NCBI RefSeq assembly: GCF_000372725.1
Contig: NW_005201732.1
Location: forward strand, 124,001-188,000
DNA length: 64,000 nucleotides
Reading direction: 5' to 3'
Origin: Emiliania huxleyi CCMP1516
Lineage: Eukaryota
The stretch's first letter is position 1; the number at the start of each line of letters is the position of its first letter. Below, one piece after another: positions 23,626 to 35,483 of this stretch. Under the pieces are notes generated by a model. It did no database searches. It was not told where the DNA came from and worked only from the letters and a program-made list of their open reading frames with translations. A program made the translations under genes and the position numbers.

Positions 23626-25008
23626 GCTCCACCCGGTGCCCGTGTGCCGTGAGAGTTGCTTTGTGCATGTGTATGGGTGTGGACACTTATATGTCACACT
23701 TGAGCCTCTACCTATGATAGTAGACCGGTACTCGGGTTTGGATGGTAGCGGGGGGCCCCGCCGGAGGCTGGTTACTGATCTTTTCCCAAAGTTCAGGCCA
23801 TCTTCCGGAAGAGTGCCGATGAGGAAGGAGGGAGGGAAAGGGTCTGGGGAAAGGGCGTAACAAGGGCGCCGTAAAGGAGGGGCCCAAGGGCGAGAGAGGG
23901 AAAAGAAAACAAACCTAGTGATAAGGCAGCCCAAGCTTGAGATGGGCGGTCTTCATCTCTTCATTTGCCGGGGCCCATTCCTCTTGACGCGCCCGCGCGC
24001 CCCCGGCACTGCGCGCCCCCGGCACTGCATCGCGCTACATGGGCTCGCGGCAGAAGCGACGCTTCGAGGTCGAGCCCCCCTGTTCACGCGCGCGCGAGAC
24101 GTGCAGACAGGGTGTTGTGTGTGTGAGCGTCGGGCCTTACTTATTGGATCCCGGCGCTCGGGGTCGTCTGGCAACGGCGGACCGGGAGCTCGAGACGCAG
24201 CTCTCGGGGCCAGCCAACCCAGGAGTCGATTTTAGGACCAATCACAACTACATTAGCATGAACAACGGGGACTCGGCGAGTGCCCACTCGGACGCGATGG
24301 ACAAACATGTGCGGGGCGGATCATTAACGTCACGAGCCGGCACCGACGATCATGGCACCGACGATCATGGCACCGAGGGTACGGACCGTAAATCGAAATG
24401 TGGTACTCGAGTATAAGCGGGCAGCGAGGCCCTGAAAAGTTTGCCGCTGGCTAGGTCCTAGCAACCTACCCTTTAGGAGGGCAGGGAGATGGCCGAGAGC
24501 TGGTCTCGGGGCGCTTACCCCCTTACCAGTACCTGATATCGCGCAACAGAGTCACACGCCTCTGCTCACACCCACGGCGGACATCACATGCTGCTCGAGC
24601 AGATAGCGGAGTTCCGCTTTCGACGCCCTGCTAGAGCCACCGCCGGGCGCGTGTCCTGCTTTGTTTCTCGTGTGTACCTGTGTTAGTGCCAGTGCACGCC
24701 AGTCCCGTGCCTAGTGTGAAAGGAAGAAAGAAAACAGACAAGCAGGTAGGGCTGGGAGGACGTGCGGGCGCGTGAATTTCTGTGTATCTTTTGGCGGCTT
24801 CTACAAGGCTTTCCACACCCAATTTTTTCTGTGTCAGTGCCAGTGCGCGCCAGTGCCTATGAAAGGAATACTTGGGGCCGGGGTTGTGTTTTTGTGTGAA
24901 AGGAAGAAAGAAAACAGACAGGCCGAGGTAGGACTAGACCGGCACCGAATTTCTTTTTCTGGCGGCGTGCGAGAGAGGGGCAGGCCCCCGGGGGCCATCA
25001 CCGCGAGG

Positions 25009-28000
25009 ATGTGTGTCCGCAGCAGCATGCCTCCTCAGTTTGAGGCCTCCGAAGGGCGCAAGCGGCGCCCCGCGCGTGGCGAAGACGGCGCTTCGAACGA
25101 CGGTCACGAGCAGGCGGCCTCGTCCGCCGGCACGAAACAGGACAAGTCGTGCTGCGGCAAGGCAACACACCATTATTATGCTGCAGCCCTTCACACAGCC
25201 CTCCACACCGCATTCCCGTGTTGCCGGCACTTAGCGCATCCCCCCTCATTCGCAGGTTCGCATTCGTGTCATCGGCAACCTCGAGATTGACGAGATCGAC
25301 GCCGACTCCGAGGACGAGCTCCCGCCCCTTGAAGAGGCGGTCTCGGCCGAGAGCATCCAAGACTTTGACGAGGCCATCGACGAGGCGGATGCGCGCGAGG
25401 CGGCAGTTACGAAGGCAGCCGCGAAGGAGGCGGTGGAGACGGCGGTGGCGGCGGAGGCACGTGCGGCGGAGGCAAGCGCTGCGGGGGCGGCGCTGGCCGC
25501 GGCCGAGAAGCAGAGGGCTGAGGAGGAACGCGCGGCACGCGAGGCCCAGGCGACACAGGTGGCCGAGGCCGAGAAGTGGGCCGCGTTTGAAGCGGCGCAG
25601 GCGGCCGAGGAGGGTCGGCGCCGGGCGGTCGATGCGGCGGCGGCGGCGGCGGCTGAGGTGGAGAAGGGGGCCGAGGCGAAGCGTGCCGAGCGCAAGGCGG
25701 CGAAGGAGCGGGCACGTGAGGAGCGTGAGGCGGAGGCGGCGGCCGTCGCCCGCATGAACCGCGAAGCTGATCACAAGGCGAGACTCCCCGCGCCCACTTA
25801 CTGCATGCCCTGCTCCCCCTCCGCCCTCGCCACCCCCCACCACCGTCACCGCCTCCCCCCTCTCCACCTCCGACGCCGCCCCCACCCTCGCCTCCTCCTC
25901 CCTCGCCGCCTCCGCCAGCGCCTCCTCCGCCGTCGCCACCCCCACCCGCTCCGCCTCCCCCGTCGCCGCCGCCACCCCTCCCTCCGCCGCCCACACCACA
26001 GCCCACACCCCCGCCACCGTCGCCGCCCCCCAACCCCCCCCCTTATTCATCAGCCCCTTCCTCTTTTAGGCGTCCGAGGCGCAGAAGCAGGCGAAGAAGG
26101 AGGAGAAGAAGAAGGCGCGGCAGGAGGCGAGCAAGGCCCGGGACGACGAGAAGTACGCGCGGGCGGCAGCCGCGGCGTCGGCGGCGGCAGAAGGGGAGGG
26201 AAGGGAGGAGGGCGAGGGGGAGGATGCGGACGAGGCAGCTCGCGAGGCGGAGGCGCTGCTCGAGGCCACGCGCGAGGGCAAGGCGCTCAAGGAGGCACCG
26301 TGGGCGGCAGTCGAGAAAGGAGACGCTGGCCGCCTCGAGGCGTGGATCGCCGACGGCGGCAACGCGGACCAGCGGTGGACCTGCGCGGGACGGACCCACA
26401 ACATCACTCTGCTGATGCTTGCCTCCAAGTACGGCCACCTCGACCTCGTTCGCCTGCTGCTTCGGAGCGGCGCCTCGGCTGCGGCCCGGGCCAGCAGTGG
26501 CGTGACGGCGCTGTCGATAGCAGCGAGCAACGGCTCATCCGAGATCGTGAGCCTGCTTCTGGCCGCGACGCCGCCCCCTCTCCGCATGGACATCGAGTCG
26601 GCGCTCAAGGACGCCGTGTCCGGTTCTGGCCGCGACCTTTCTGATCCCGTGGTGATCGCCTTTATGAAGGCGGGCATCGTGAGTATCGATTTTGTCTGGC
26701 GGATTCTTGGACGGGCGGACGGCAAGGCGGCGATGGCGGTCGATTTGTGGCTCAAGCGCGGCGTCGACGTGAACATGTGGATGACGCCCTATGCCGGGGA
26801 GGGCCGCAAGCCCTGGCGCAGCTCATACACGCTGCTCATGCTGGCGTGTATCCGCGGCACACCCGAGGTTGTGAAGCTCTTGCTCGAGCGCGGCGCCGCG
26901 GCTAGCCTGCAGGACAGCGAATACTCGAGCCCGCTCGCGCTGGCTGTGACGCACTGCGAGGAGCGGGAGGACGCGGAAGTAGTGCACTTGGTTCTGGCTG
27001 CGGACCCCAGCCACGACGACATCTTTGATGCCGGCTGGCAGGCGACACGGGCAGGAGCAAGCCCGTCCGGAGTCGAGGCGCTGATCGAGGGCGGCTTGAA
27101 CGTGAACGCTGTCTTGACTACATCGCAGTGCGGTCGCGACAGCGACGGGATGAGCTCCACGCTTCTCATCATGGCCGCGAGCCGCAACGCAGCCATCGCG
27201 AGCTTCCTGCTGCGGCACGGCGCCTCGGTCGCAGTACGAAACCGCAGTGGTGAGACAGCCTTGATGACGGCCGTCATGTACGACCAACCCGACATCGTTC
27301 GCCTCTTCATCCTCGCTGGGGCGGCGAGCGGCGAGGACGGTGCCGCCTCGCTGCGTGAGGCCGAGTGGCGTGGCCTGACCGAGGTAGCAGAGCTATTGTC
27401 TCAGGCAGTGCGCGAGAACGACCTCTTGTTCCAGGCCGCGTACACCGGCGACTGCGCGACGGTGCTCAAGCTCCTCGGCGGCAGCGGCATGGCAGTGGAC
27501 GCGCCCCGCGCCAACGGAATGTCGCTGCTGATGGTCGCGGCCAGCACGGGCCACGCTCGCCTGGTCGCGGTGTTGCTGCGGCGCGGTGCTATCGTCGACC
27601 TCCAAGACCACAACGGGTGCACCGCTCTGATGCTGGCCGCCAGCAGCCAAGACTGCGCCGGCATCGTCGGCCAGCTGCTTGCCGCCGGCGCAACCTTTGC
27701 GCTGCGCAACGCGGAAGGCATGACGGCGCCGCAGCTGGCGAAGCAGGCAGGCCACACTCGTGTCGTGGGCGTCTTCAAGTCGCACATCGCACGCGCTCTC
27801 GCCACACCCGAGGCCGCTCCGGCAAGCGCGGAGGCTGAGGCCACCGCAATCGCCGAGGAGAGCCGTGTGTCGGCAGAGGAGCAGGCGTGGTCCGAGGGCC
27901 AGGCGGCGGCCGCTGCTGCATCGACGGCGGCGGCGGAAGCGGCAGGCGAAGCGGCCGCCGCAGCTGAGCGAGCAGCGATGCCAGACGCCATTGCAGTTGC

Positions 28001-29783
28001 AGCTGAGCGTGGCGAGAAGAAGGCGGTGGTGGCGTGGCTCGACGCCGGCGGGTGCCTCGATGCTCTTGCTGCGGGCGGCTTCACGCTGCTAATGATTTCC
28101 GCGCACGCAGGCCGCCAGCAGGTAGTCGACTCGCTGCTGCAGCGCGGCGCGTCGGTCAACCTGACGAGCAAACACGGCGGAGGCGCGCTCGTGTTTGCTG
28201 TTATGATGGGCCACGCCAGTATCGCGCGCCGCCTGTTGCGGGCGGGCGCTGATCCAGAGCAGAAGTGGGACGGCGATACCGCCTTGCAGCTGGCCAAGGA
28301 GAGGGGCGCCGCCACGTGCGTCACCGTCATTGAGAAGCACCTGGCCGCCGAGCTGGCGGCGAAGGCGGCGGCGGCGGCGGCCGATCTGGCGGCGAAGGAG
28401 AAGGAGGCGGCGCGGCATGCGAAGGAGCTGCTGGCGGAGGTCGAGGCGGAGCGCTGCAAGGGCAAGAAGAGCAAGAAGAAGAAGAAGAAGGGCGGCGGGG
28501 GCGGCACGGCTGGGCCGCCGCAGGAGGCCGCGACTGCGGAGACCGCTGCCGTCGGGCCCGAGCCGCTTGGGCTTCTCAAAGAGCTCGACACGGAGAGGAT
28601 TCGGCACAGCGTCGGGGAGGAGCCGACGGCGGCCGAGGCGTCGGAGGAGGGAGCGGAGAAGGGAGCGACGGCGGAGGCGGCCACGGCCGCAGTGGCGGCG
28701 GAGGCGTCGCCGAAGGAGGTGGCGGCGCTTGGGGCGACAGAGGCGGAGCCGGCAGTCGAAGAGGAGGAGAGCCGCGGGGCGGCAGAGGAGCTGGCGAGGT
28801 CGGAGGTGTCGGCTGCAGCTGAGGTGGCCGAGGCGGCAGCCAAGGCAGAGGAGGAGGAGGCAGCGGCAAAGGCAGAAGAAGAGGCAGAGGCGGAGGCCAA
28901 GGCGGAGGCGGCGAAGGCGGCGGCAGAGCAGGCGGCGGCGGCCGAGGCGGCGAGGGTGGCAGCGGCAGAGCAGGCGGCGGCCGCAGAGAAGGCCCGCCTC
29001 GAGGATCAGGCTGCTGCCGAGGCGGTTGCTGCATCGGCGGAGAAGGCTGCAGGCGGAGCGGCGAGCGAAGCGGCAGCTGCGGAGCGAGCGGCAATGCTAG
29101 AAGCCATGCTCGAAGTCATTATCGACGCTGCTAGTTGCGGCGACAAGAAGAGGGTGATGGCGTGGCTCGACGCCGGCGGGCGCATCGATGCTCGTGCTGC
29201 TGGCGGCCTCACGTTGCTAATGGTTGCCGCCATATGCGGCCAGCTGCGGCTTGTCGAGTCGCTGCTGCAGCGCGGGGCATCGGTCAACCTGACGAGGAAT
29301 AGCGGCGGACCAGGCGCGCTGCTTATGGCTGTCGTGAACGACCACGCCAGCGTCGCACGCTGCTTGCTGCGGGCGGGCGCTGATCCAGAGCTGAAGTGGG
29401 GCGCTCGCGACCATAACGCCTTGCAACTGGCCAAGAAGTTGGGGTACGCCACGTGCGTCAGCGTCATTGAGGAGCACTTGGAGGCCGAGCTGGCGGCAAA
29501 GGAGGCGGCGGCGGCGGCCGAGCTGGCGGCGAAGGCGGCGGCGGCGGCGGCCGAGCAGGCTGCGAAGGAGGTGGAGGCGGCGCGGCATGCGAAGGAGCTG
29601 CTGGCGGAGATCGAGGCGGAGGAGCGCTGCAAGGGCAAGAAGAGCAAGAAGAAGAAGAACAAGGGCGGTGAGACCGGCACGACTGGGCCGCCGCAGGAGC
29701 AGGAGGAGGCCACGGTGGCGGCGGAGGCGGCGCCGAAGGAGGTGCCGCTCGAGGGGAGGCGGCGCCCGCGACGGCGCTCATGA
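25009..29783 (+). CDS. large ankyrin-repeat protein with Ala/Glu/Lys-rich coiled-coil regions and an internal module duplication
   Basis: Many ankyrin repeats (TLLMLASKYGHLDLVRLLL, GETALMTAV, GCTALMLAA). Two 5' GC-AG introns at ~25162-25255 and ~25778-26069. The start codon is uncertain (25009 or 25027). Confidence 0.85.
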
Positions 29784-31216
29784 GGAGGTGACGGAGAGGC
29801 GGAGGCGGCAGTCGAAGAGGCTGCTCCCGTCGCCCCGCCTCTCGAGGCCAAGGCTCGGGCGCCAAGGCGGCGCGCGGGAGGTGGGATGGCGCGGCTGTGC
29901 ACACACACGGGAACTGAGAACAGCTTACTGTTACTGAGAGGAGAGTGAGAGCGACCAAGACGCGCGCACACACGGACACACACACCTGACACACACGCGG
30001 ATCATTTACGTCACGACACACGAGCCGGTACCGACGACCATGGCACCGACGCAAATTCTCGTACGGTACGTGTAACTCGCTCACGCTCTTTTACTGCTCT
30101 GCAGCACAGATTCCATTTGGAAAAGCGAACGCGAACGAAACGGTCGCGGTGACCAGCGGTGCGACGAGCAGCATTGTCGTCCGCATGCGGTTATTGGGGA
30201 AACAAACAGGTTGCGCAATCAATGTAAAACAGCCAGCACCGTGTTTCATCACCTTCTGTGCCTCTTGCTTGAACACGCTTGCATCTGGAACGAAGCCGAG
30301 CAGCTTCCTCCGAACTGCTGGAAAGAATTCACTCCTCGGATGCTTCATCAAGATGCGGATGGCGGCGAGGGCGACGCCGATCCAAGCGACGAGAGAGAGC
30401 GCACATTTTCGTGATGTCGGCGGCAGCTTTGATGACTCCGAGGAGTTGCGACTTCGCCTCCGCCAGCATATCAGCGTATTGCTCACAGTCCAATGGTCCT
30501 GTCACCTGAGTCTCAAGCGCCTCAATCTTCCTGAGCGACGCTTCCAGCTTTGCACGCTTCTGTTGAGGCATGGCGCATGCCCTTGCTGTGTGCTTGCATC
30601 TGTTGCGCCCAGGTCTTCAAAGCCTTGAGCTCAGGCATCGATTCCTTGAGCTGTGCAAAGGTTGACCGCACGTGACGCCCGAAGGGCATAGATGATGATG
30701 AAGCTAGCCGGCATGCCAGGCCGTTTGGATCTGCGGCGTCAAAATACGCGCTTTGGTCAAAAACGCGGACGCAAACAACCCTTTTCCTGGCTCACAAGCT
30801 AAAGATGTTCACGGGCCCCCACAGGGAGCCCCGGGTACTCTTTAGCTGTACTCGTCTAGGCAGGGGTTGGACGCAAACGCGGACGGAGCTCCTCCGGTCC
30901 CAGGAGCTGCCGGCCGCCGACGCCGACATTGTTGTGGAGCCGGCGGAGAGAACAGGCTTGTCCAGCTTTGAAGAGCGCCGCGCCGAGGTCCGGAGGACCA
31001 TTTCTCTGTCTTGCGCACTGACGCCGTGTAGCAACAACAAACAACGCGGAGACCACACGCTGATCGCGGCCACCTTCATGGCGTGTCAAGAGGTCACAGG
31101 TCAATGTTCGCGCGGGCGCTTTGCGTTACCGTGAGAGCTGTTGGTAATCGACACACGCAGATTTTTTCTTCGACGGACTTTTCCAGGTCTTCGGTCTTGT
31201 AGACGCGACTTTGCCG

Positions 31217-32723
31217 ATGTATCGCGTCGGCCTCTGCCTGGCGCTGCTGCCCGCCACAGCGAGCCTGTCCGTCGCCGTGTCCCAGCAAGGCTGTGCCAGC
31301 CGTCCTCGGCTGCGGAGCCACGCGATCACCGCCAGCCTCGCAGACGAACCCGGTGCTTTGCCTCGCGCTCGGCTGGCCCTGCTCGGCACCAGTGCTTTGT
31401 GGAGCACCTATCCAACCTTTGCGAAGCTCATCTTCGCCGCCGACGGCGTCGCCCTCACGCCCACCGCAATCACCGCCGTCCGCTTCGCCATCATGGCGAT
31501 AGCAGGCCAGTTCATCCTCGCCCAGCAGCCGGCGAGTAGCAGCTTAGGAGCAGCGGACAGCAGCAGTGGCGGCGGTGCGAACGGGGGTGCGAACGGCAGT
31601 GGCGGCGGTGAGGGCGTCGGCTTTTGGATAGCCGCCACGGAGCTCGGCATGTGGGGCTGCGCGGGCACGCAGCTCAACTCGATGGCTCTGCTGCAGCTGT
31701 CGGCCGTGCGCGGAACGCTGCTCCTCGCCAGCGTCAACATCCTCACGCCGCTCCTCCAGGCGTGCATCGGCTCGAGCGACGAGCAGCGCCGGGTCGCCCC
31801 GCGCACCTGGGCCGCCTGCGCACTCGCCCTCGCCAGCACCGCGTTCGCAGTACAGAGCGGCGGCGCGGCGGGCGGCGCGGCGGCCTTCTCCTCGGCCGAC
31901 GCGTCGAAGCTCACGGCCGCCCTGTGCTACGCGCTCCAAAAGGTGCGGCTCAGCACCTTTGCCCAGACCTATCCGGCGGCCAGGCTCGCTGCGGGCCGCC
32001 TCCGGACGCAGGCCGCCGCCGCCTGCTCCTCGGAGCCTGGGGCGAACGCGACTTACTGTTGAGCAGCTCGGAGCCCAATAGGCCGCCATCGTGCTGCTCG
32101 GCCTGGGCGGCGCGGCGCTTGTGGGCGGCTTGCCAGAGGCGGCGGTGTCGGCCGACCTCTTCGGCAGCCTCGCCGGGTACGGCGCAGCCTCCCTCTCCTC
32201 CGTCGCGAGGTGGGCGGCGCAGCTGTCGCCGACGCAGGCCCTCCCGCCCCTCCCGCCCTCCCTACGCCTTCCACGCGTGAGCAGCGCCTCCCCCACCCCC
32301 ACCCCCAAGCAGGCTCTCCTCCTAACGCTCTCCGCCCTCGTGCCGGGCGCCTTTGCAACGATCCTCCAGGCCGAGGGGCAAAAGGTGGTCCCCGCCGCAT
32401 CCGCCCAGCCCATCTTCGCCTCGATGCCGCTCTTCGCCGCCGGCTGGGCGTGCCTCCTGCTGCACGAGCCCATCTCGGCGCAGCAGGCGATCGGCGGAGC
32501 CGGCACGTGCGCCGCGGCGCTGCTCGCCGCCGCCGCGCCGGGCGGCGGCCGCGCCGGCGACAGCGCAGCGGCGACGGCGGCGGTGCCGGAGGAGGCGGCT
32601 GACGGCGCAGCTCGCGGTGTGGTCGTGCCGACCCGAGCCGCCGCGCTAGCCGCCGCGCGGGGCGAGCCGGTGCCAGGCGAGGCCCGTGAGAAGGTCGCCT
32701 CTGCGCGGATGCGGCGGCGATAG
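31217..32723 (+). CDS. EamA/DMT-family transporter with N-terminal targeting peptide
   Basis: Multiple TM segments. LWSTYPTFAK, AVRFAIMA, ELGMWGCAG and ILQAEGQKVVPAASAQPIFASMPLFAAGWACLLLHEPI. Introns at 32012-32081 and ~32238-32312. Confidence 0.8.
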
Positions 32724-33216
32724 CTCAGGCGCGGCGCCCTCCTGACAGGCCGCCTTCGCTTGATCTTGATCTTGTCGTTTTGTGATGTCTTTTTACGTAC
32801 ACACGGGGTTTTAGCTTTCGATTGTGTTCGAGCGTCCCAGCCCGCTCAAACAGCAGTACACACGCGGCTCTAAAATCTAAGAAGTGTGTGGAGAGTCACG
32901 TGTGGTCGCTCGCGTCGCCGCGGCTCGACTTTCTTTCAACGCCATGGCCCCGGCTCTCGGTCTCGCTCTAATTCTCCCCACCTCCCCACGAGCTTCTCGG
33001 ATCTCGCCCGCGCGCGCGTGCGCGTGTTATAAAAAGAAATGGCAACGTCGCGAGACTACCCGAGGCCCACAGACCCGACCCCATCGAATGTCAAAACCAA
33101 ATCGTCTTTCCTGCATCCGTCTCGCGACTCGCTCGCCCCACTGTGCGGCTGGGTGAGGGGAGAAGACGGTGTGTGTGCCTCCGAGGATAAGGCGCGTCGC
33201 GAGCTCCGGCGCGCCG

Positions 33217-35156
33217 TCACGCGGCGCTCACGGCGTCCGCCTCTGACTCGGCAGGCTCCGATGTGTCGGGGATCCAAGCGCCGCGGCACGTCTCGCCCAG
33301 CTTGCCGAGCGACGCCTCGAGGCTCTGCCGGTCAGCCTTTTGCAGCGGCCGCTGGTCGACCGCGGCGCGCATCGCTTGCCGCCACGCGTCGAGGGTCTCC
33401 TGGGGCGGCTGCACGCCGAGCCTGCGCCGGGGAGAGGGGGAGGGAGTGCAGGGAGGAGTCGGCCTCAAGCAGGGGGGTGGGGACCGCGGATGTGCGGCTG
33501 CAGCTCCTCCAATCTCGGTGCCATCTCGACGGCATCTCGGCGGCATCTCGGCGGCATCTCGGCGGCTCGCGCGCCTGGCGTGCGCCCAGACCAGCGTGAC
33601 GAGCTGCCGCGAGGAGAAGCGCGGCAGGCAAGTGTGCGGCAGCGCGCGCGTGGCAAGAGCGGCGAGGAGCTCTTTGGCCTGCGAGGGGGAGGTTCCGGGA
33701 AGGTTCGGGGATAGGCCCGAGCCAAACCTCGACCGAGGTGCGCAGTCCCGTCTTGCCTGCTGCGGCTCGCACGAGCCCTCGCCAGCGGTGCCCATCACCT
33801 AACGCGCCGATCGCGAGTCATCGCCTCGCAGGGGCCGCCCTCCCTCCCTTCCCTCCCCGCTCTCTCTCTGCCTCCCTCGTCGATGTCTCTCTCTCTGAGT
33901 GTGAGTGTGTGAGCGTGCGCGTGCGCGTGTGCGTGTGCGTGCGCGTGTGCGTGCGGGCCAAGTCACCGCCGTGGCGTAGGCCAAGTCGGACACCTCGACC
34001 GGCTTGCACTCGTCGAGCAGCCCCGACTCCAGCCGCGCAGCAACCACGGGCAGCAGCTCCGCGCTCGGCTGGCGCAGCTTCGCAAAGCCCCAGAGCAGGT
34101 TGGCGCAGTTCTGAGGCGAGAGCTCCCTCGACACGGCGCACGCCTAGATGAGTTCACCAGCCCAGCCATCCGCCACCAAGCGCTGGTTCGAAGCGAGTTT
34201 GAGCTCGCCACGCCGCCGCGCCTGCCGGTCGAGGTCCTCGAGGAAGTGTCTAGGAAGTGTCTAGGAAGTGTCTAGGAAGTGTCTAGGAAGTGTCTAGGAA
34301 GTGTCTAGGAAGTGTCTAGGAAGTGTCTAGGAAGTGAGTCCCGCGCCTGCCGGTCGATGTCCTCGAGCAGCCGGACCGGCTTGCACCTGCGCAGAGGCAA
34401 GAGGCAGGGCCAGGCTGGCACGCCCAAGTGTCGGGGCGGCGCTGCGGGCGGCGCTGCGGGCGGCGCGCACTCGAGCGTTGCAAATGCCCAGCTCATCACA
34501 GAGAGATGGTGGGGCTCAAAGGTTTGCCTGCCGGGGCGCGGGGTGCGGCAGGGCAAGGGTCGGGGTGCGGGCGAGAGAAGGCGCGAGCGGTGCATGTGCC
34601 GAGGCGCGCTGGCGGAGGGGTGTGCCGAGGCGCGCGCGCAGCACAGTCACCTCTCCAGGTGGTAGACCACCCTCAACAGCAGAGGCTTGAGGAGGAGCGG
34701 AGGCCAGTGCCGCAGCGTGGCGCACGACCAGAGCACGTCGGCGGTCTGCCGCGCGTTGAACTCGGCGGCCCGGCCGACCACCGAGTCGAGCAGCGCCTCG
34801 AACCGCGGGTCGCGCAGCAGCACGTCCCGCTCCGCCCGCCGCTTCTTCTCGAGCGTCGCGAGCCGGTGCATGGCGGTCGCCACGTTGACCGCGTTCATCA
34901 GCTTGGCCGACTCGGTGGTGAGCGCGAGGACGGCGTCCCTGCCGGAAGCTTCGACCAGCCGCTGGTTGATGGCGCCGCAGCGCGACGCCGCCACGGCGTC
35001 CACGAGTGCGCCGATCGGGCCGCCAACAGGCTCGGGCTGCACCGCCGACGGCTCGCCGGCCCCGGCGCAGCGGGGCGCCGCCGCCACGCGCGGGAGCGCG
35101 AGGGCCGCCGGCGCGCGGGGCGACGGCAGAAGCAGGCCGAGCCAGAGCGAGACCAT
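33217..35156 (-). CDS. organelle-targeted helical-repeat RNA-binding protein (OPR/HPR/FASTK-RAP-like), multi-exon
   Basis: Repeats MNAVNVATAMHRLA, FNARQTADVLWSCATL, FEPHHLSVMSWAFATL, LSPQNCANLLWGFAKL and FSSRQLVTLVWAHARL. Confidence 0.75.
34241..34336. repeat. intronic 11-bp minisatellite (aggaagtgtct)n
   Basis: About 8 perfect copies. Confidence 0.95.
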
Positions 35157-35184
35157 CGGAGCGGAGCAGCGACTGCGAATGTAG

Positions 35185-35454
35185 CGTTAGAGACGACTCT
35201 CTTTCTCCCAACTGTGAACAGTCGTTATCTGTATATGCGCAGCTATTCATAGCCGCGCCTGTTGTTTGTGTGTGTATCCGCGCTCTTGGCGCGATTACGA
35301 GACTGACTAGTGTGTCGCACTAGTTGTACTTTTCGTAATAGTATTCCGCATTCATTGCGAGGGCGGACCACTCCTAGCGTGCAGACCGCGGGAGCTGGTG
35401 CCGCGGCCAGTGTAGACCTGGCCTGCGCTGTGACGCGCGCGCTCATCTTCAACG
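35185..35454 (+). repeat. 5' LTR
   Basis: cgttagagacgactc...ctcatcttcaacg, repeated at 41124-41393. Confidence 0.95.
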
Positions 35455-35472
35455 TGGAGCCAGCTGAGGGGT
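35455..35472 (+). promoter_or_regulatory. primer-binding site (tRNA 3'-end complement, possibly tRNA-Thr)
   Basis: tggagccagctgaggggt follows the LTR directly, and its TGG is complementary to tRNA CCA. The tRNA identity is inferred from the U discriminator and GCC acceptor stem. Confidence 0.7.
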
Positions 35473-35483
35473 AACTACGTAGC

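Noticed and set aside
27401..29992. Long antisense and alternate-frame ORFs (e.g. 27401-28900, 36309-37775, 4384-5253, 18467-19654)
   Set aside because: Shadow ORFs caused by high GC and low-complexity codons opposite real genes. They contain no recognisable motifs.
30091..31134. Short ORFs in a lower-GC interval
   Set aside because: No recognisable domain. Possibly decayed coding or TE sequence, but unsupported.
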